Positions 25,348 through 27,619 of a DNA stretch of 27,619 nucleotides are shown piece by piece. Made by a program: the position numbers and the translations under genes. How positions within the stretch are numbered: position 1 is the first letter of the stretch; every line of letters begins with the position of its first letter. The stretch spans positions 1-27,619 of the IMG/VR virus record IMGVR_UViG_3300031804_000012; one strand, 5' to 3'. This DNA comes from a virus (taxonomy: Duplodnaviria; Caudoviricetes). The notes under the pieces were generated by a model. That model saw nothing but the letters and a program-made list of their open reading frames with translations. It did no database searches and was not told the origin of the DNA.

Positions 25348-25481
25348 TGAACACCTTACTGAACAAGGATGTAGAGAGTATAGCTATGAACCTAATAGCT
25401 AACCTAGAAGATATACTGAAGGCATACTGTACAGATAGTACAGAGGTACTCAGCCTAGTGGACAGGACAGACAAGAGATAG
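25347..25481 (+). CDS. possible 44-aa protein (not in ORF track)
   Basis: MNTLLNKDVES...DRTDKR; TAATG coupling. Confidence 0.5.
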   Translation: MNTLLNKDVESIAMNLIANLEDILKAYCTDSTEVLSLVDRTDKR

Positions 25482-25518
25482 TAGATATTCATAGTAGGCT
25501 AGTCTCCGTAAGGTGGAG

Positions 25519-25547
25519 TTGACAGATTTTTCTCCAAGGTGTAGACT
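25519..25547 (+). promoter_or_regulatory. early promoter repeat, copy 10
   Basis: GGTGGAG-TTGACA-17-TAGACT. Confidence 0.85.
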
Positions 25548-25578
25548 GGACACATCTTGAAATTGAGTGAGGCCAACG

Positions 25579-25869
25579 ATGGGACGTAAACAGTACATCA
25601 ACGGTGGTATACCTAACCTAGCAGAATCTGGTAGGCCCATCTATAAATACTTTGCCCATACGCTAAAGGTTAATCCTAACCGTATGAAGAATGGTGCAGT
25701 AAAGAACACAGTTAGTCTAGGAGTAGGTTGGCCCTATACTCACAATACACTAGCAAGCACCATTACAGACTCGCCCCAAGAAATAGTAGAGGAACAGGAT
25801 AAGGTACAGACGGATGCCATAGCAGACTATGCAGAGTGGTACGATAGGTATATGAAAGAGAAAGGGTAG
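25579..25869 (+). CDS. hypothetical protein
   Basis: Start refined to ATG 25579 after GAGG. Confidence 0.65.
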   Translation: MGRKQYINGGIPNLAESGRPIYKYFAHTLKVNPNRMKNGAVKNTVSLGVGWPYTHNTLASTITDSPQEIVEEQDKVQTDAIADYAEWYDRYMKEKG

Positions 25870-25871
25870 GG

Positions 25872-25900
25872 TTGACAAAAACTCTGTAGGGGAGTAGAAT
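25872..25900 (+). promoter_or_regulatory. early promoter repeat, copy 11 (no downstream ORF)
   Basis: TTGACA-17-TAGAAT; 11-bp inverted repeat ACTCTGTAGGG/CCCTACAGAGT spans the -10. Confidence 0.8.
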
Positions 25901-25979
25901 GTAGACAGTCCCTACAGAGTACAGGGTACAGGATAGCATCCAAGGGTAGCACCCATAGGATAGGATACCCATACCCTAC

Positions 25980-26036
25980 GGGGATATATCCCCCTCCCCC
26001 TACCGTCCCCCTTTAGGAACGCTGGGAACCTTACCC
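25980..26036. repeat. non-coding palindrome/C-tract element, copy A
   Basis: GGGATATATCCC palindrome + CCCCCTCCCCCTAC..GT.CCCCC...GGAACCTTACCC, recurring at 26997-27056. Confidence 0.8.
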
Positions 26037-26107
26037 CTATCCTTACCCATACCTACAGGTAAGTCCTTAGCTATAGCTAGTCTATATAATATACCCTAAG
26101 GGTGGAG

Positions 26108-26136
26108 TTGACAAAAAGTCGTCCGACCTGTAAACT
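26108..26136 (+). promoter_or_regulatory. early promoter repeat, copy 12
   Basis: GGTGGAG-TTGACA-17-TAAACT. Confidence 0.85.
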
Positions 26137-26171
26137 GGTCACAGGTCAAATCAGCGAACAGGGAGTAAGGT

Positions 26172-26495
26172 ATGTTTACGGAATACGTCACCAAAGAGGT
26201 TCTACGGCCCGTCACTCTGGATGCCATCCTGTCCTTTAACTATTCGGTTTCCCTACCGGTTGCCATTGTACGGGATATCGTACTACTGTATGTCATCAAG
26301 GAGGAGGGAACCGTAGAGTGGAGCAACAAGATAGGAGCTATCAAGGCACTACGGGAACTCTGTCAGGTCAAGGATAAGTTCCATCCGGTGACTCTAGGCT
26401 TACGGGAAGCCAAGGAAATGGTAGAGGAGGTGTACAGGGAATTACAAGACCGTGAGAGAGATACCTATCTACTCCGTTCCCAATACCCCACCTAA
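26172..26495 (+). CDS. protein with ribosomal L7/L12 C-terminal-like domain
   Basis: NKIGAIKALRE....LGLREAKEMVE motif. Confidence 0.75.
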   Translation: MFTEYVTKEVLRPVTLDAILSFNYSVSLPVAIVRDIVLLYVIKEEGTVEWSNKIGAIKALRELCQVKDKFHPVTLGLREAKEMVEEVYRELQDRERDTYLLRSQYPT

Positions 26496-26517
26496 TACCA
26501 CTAGGGTATGGGTGGAG

Positions 26518-26546
26518 TTGACAGAATTCTGCCCATACCCCATACT
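26518..26546 (+). promoter_or_regulatory. early promoter repeat, copy 13
   Basis: GGTGGAG-TTGACA-17-CATACT; -35 at the apex of a 16-bp hairpin. Confidence 0.75.
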
Positions 26547-26591
26547 GATTACAGCGGCCAAGGAGCCGACTCGATAGGGTAGGAGTACACA

Positions 26592-26912
26592 ATGCCAGAC
26601 TTTAGTAAGATGTCCAAGGAGCAACTGATAGCCTATGCTGAAGCTGCAACCAAGGCAGTTAAGCCACTGAGTATCAACGTAGCTACTGGTACGACTGATA
26701 AGGGTGAGCCTCAAAAGGGCGGTGTCTGTGTTAGAGGGTTGATATCGGATAGGTTCCCTGTTACCTTGACTCGTAACGCATGGAAGGCATTGCTTACCAA
26801 GGAAGTGGCAGAATGGGTTCTACAGTTCATAGCAGACAATGATACCGTTATCACTAATCAAATGGCATTAGCTAAACAGCTTGACAGGGAGATAGGCGGA
26901 GTGCCTGACTAG
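26592..26912 (+). CDS. KGG...G...RFPVTL-motif phage protein
   Basis: QKGGVCVRGL..RFPVTL...W..LL; SD AGGAG. Confidence 0.8.
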   Translation: MPDFSKMSKEQLIAYAEAATKAVKPLSINVATGTTDKGEPQKGGVCVRGLISDRFPVTLTRNAWKALLTKEVAEWVLQFIADNDTVITNQMALAKQLDREIGGVPD

Positions 26913-26930
26913 GTACAGTGTAGGGATGGG

Positions 26931-26959
26931 TTGACAACAACCCATCCCTATGGTATAAT
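26931..26959 (+). promoter_or_regulatory. early promoter repeat, copy 14: perfect consensus (no downstream ORF)
   Basis: TTGACA-17-TATAAT with extended TG; -35 inside a perfect 13-bp inverted repeat. Confidence 0.88.
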
Positions 26960-26996
26960 AGAGAGGGATATCCCTAGGGTATCTATATCCTTTGTA

Positions 26997-27056
26997 GGGA
27001 TATATCCCCCTCCCCCCTACGTTCCCCCATACAGTACCTTGCCCGGAACCTTACCC
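26997..27056. repeat. non-coding palindrome/C-tract element, copy B
   Basis: Homologous to 25980-26036. Confidence 0.8.
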
Positions 27057-27123
27057 ATAGGGGTACTCTTCTCTATATGGTATATAGCTTATCCTAAGGA
27101 TAGGGGATATCCTAAGGGTGGAG

Positions 27124-27152
27124 TTGACATAAATTCCTCTGGGCCTTAAACT
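27124..27152 (+). promoter_or_regulatory. early promoter repeat, copy 15
   Basis: GGTGGAG-TTGACA-17-TAAACT. Confidence 0.85.
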
Positions 27153-27187
27153 GGAGTCAGTCCAAATTTTGCGGCAGGAGTACAGTA

Positions 27188-27484
27188 ATGGCTACGGTAG
27201 ATAAGAACCCACTCTTCCACTTCCCGGAAACTTTAGGTGCTTACAGGTCTAGGGTATTGGGTAGCGTAGATGCAGTAACCTTTGACAGTGTTAATGACGG
27301 TGGTCATCCCTGTCATGAATGCACCATATGCCTAGCCTCTATCCCGGAAGGTACCAGGTACGTTAACTGGGAACTGCGTATGTATTCTGACGGTCAAGGA
27401 CTGGAACATATCTGTATGGAATGTGATTGGGTACTTCGGAATCACATCTCTAACGGTACTGTTAAGTACCTAGTCCAGCGGTAA
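27188..27484 (+). CDS. zinc-binding hypothetical protein
   Basis: HECTIC..SI..G..Y...HICMEC; SD AGGAG. Confidence 0.7.
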   Translation: MATVDKNPLFHFPETLGAYRSRVLGSVDAVTFDSVNDGGHPCHECTICLASIPEGTRYVNWELRMYSDGQGLEHICMECDWVLRNHISNGTVKYLVQR

Positions 27485-27506
27485 GGGTATAGGGTAAGGG
27501 TATAGG
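27481..27506 (+). repeat. 13-bp tandem repeat GTAAGGGTATAGG x2
   Basis: Read directly; gives four evenly spaced GGG tracts. Confidence 0.8.
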
Positions 27507-27518
27507 GTCAAGGTGGAG

Positions 27519-27547
27519 TTGACAGAAAGTCCCCTTGGCCCTATACT
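27519..27547 (+). promoter_or_regulatory. early promoter repeat, copy 16
   Basis: GGTGGAG-TTGACA-17-TATACT. Confidence 0.85.
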
Positions 27548-27594
27548 GGTCACATGGTCAGCGAACCAAATCAGCACTACCTAGGAGTAAGGAT

Positions 27595-27619
27595 ATGCCA
27601 GACTTTAGTAAGATGACCA
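27595..27619 (+). CDS. 5' end of a gene starting like 26592..26912 (partial)
   Basis: ATGCCAGACTTTAGTAAGATG identical to 26592-26612; SD AGGAG. Confidence 0.7.

Noticed and set aside
599-26714. All minus-strand ORFs in the track
   Set aside because: They are shadows of + strand genes, with no SD or recognisable motifs and typical antisense composition.
26931-27149. 72-aa ORF MTTTHPYG...
   Set aside because: It starts at the TTG of a -35 box, upstream of its own TSS, has no SD, and runs through low-complexity palindromic DNA.
13216-27547. CRISPR array interpretation of the GGAGTTGACA repeats
   Set aside because: Spacing is 200-2700 bp with genes in between, repeats are degenerate and match sigma70 geometry, and no cas genes are present.

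Overview
The window is a fragment of a tailed dsDNA bacteriophage (Caudoviricetes), AT-rich and coded almost entirely on the + strand. The left ~8.7 kb is a head module: an HK97 gp10-like protein, a scaffold, an HK97-fold major capsid protein, a CBM-bearing decoration protein, and a prohead protease placed downstream of the capsid gene and fused to a HiPIP-like 4-Cys domain. A metallophosphoesterase also lies here. From ~8.7 to 12 kb there are small membrane proteins, a metallothionein-like peptide, a papain/transglutaminase-like protease and a trypsin-like protease. From ~13.5 to 15 kb there is a DUF1599 + Mom-like DNA-modification pair. The right ~14 kb is an early/host-takeover-type region of small ORFs (tRNA-Leu(UAA), DUF932, WYL_2/DUF2693, DUF7178-like, DUF1281, L7/L12-CTD-like). 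It is cut into cassettes by 16 copies of a ~60-70 bp sigma70 promoter repeat (GGAGTTGACA-17 bp-TAAACT) that carry covarying hairpins, are mosaic, and supply stop codons to upstream genes. This region is almost free of GATC. It also holds a ~145-nt structured RNA candidate upstream of the WYL_2 gene and two homologous ORF-less, promoter-driven, palindrome/C-tract units. Family assignments come from motif recognition by eye, not database searches.
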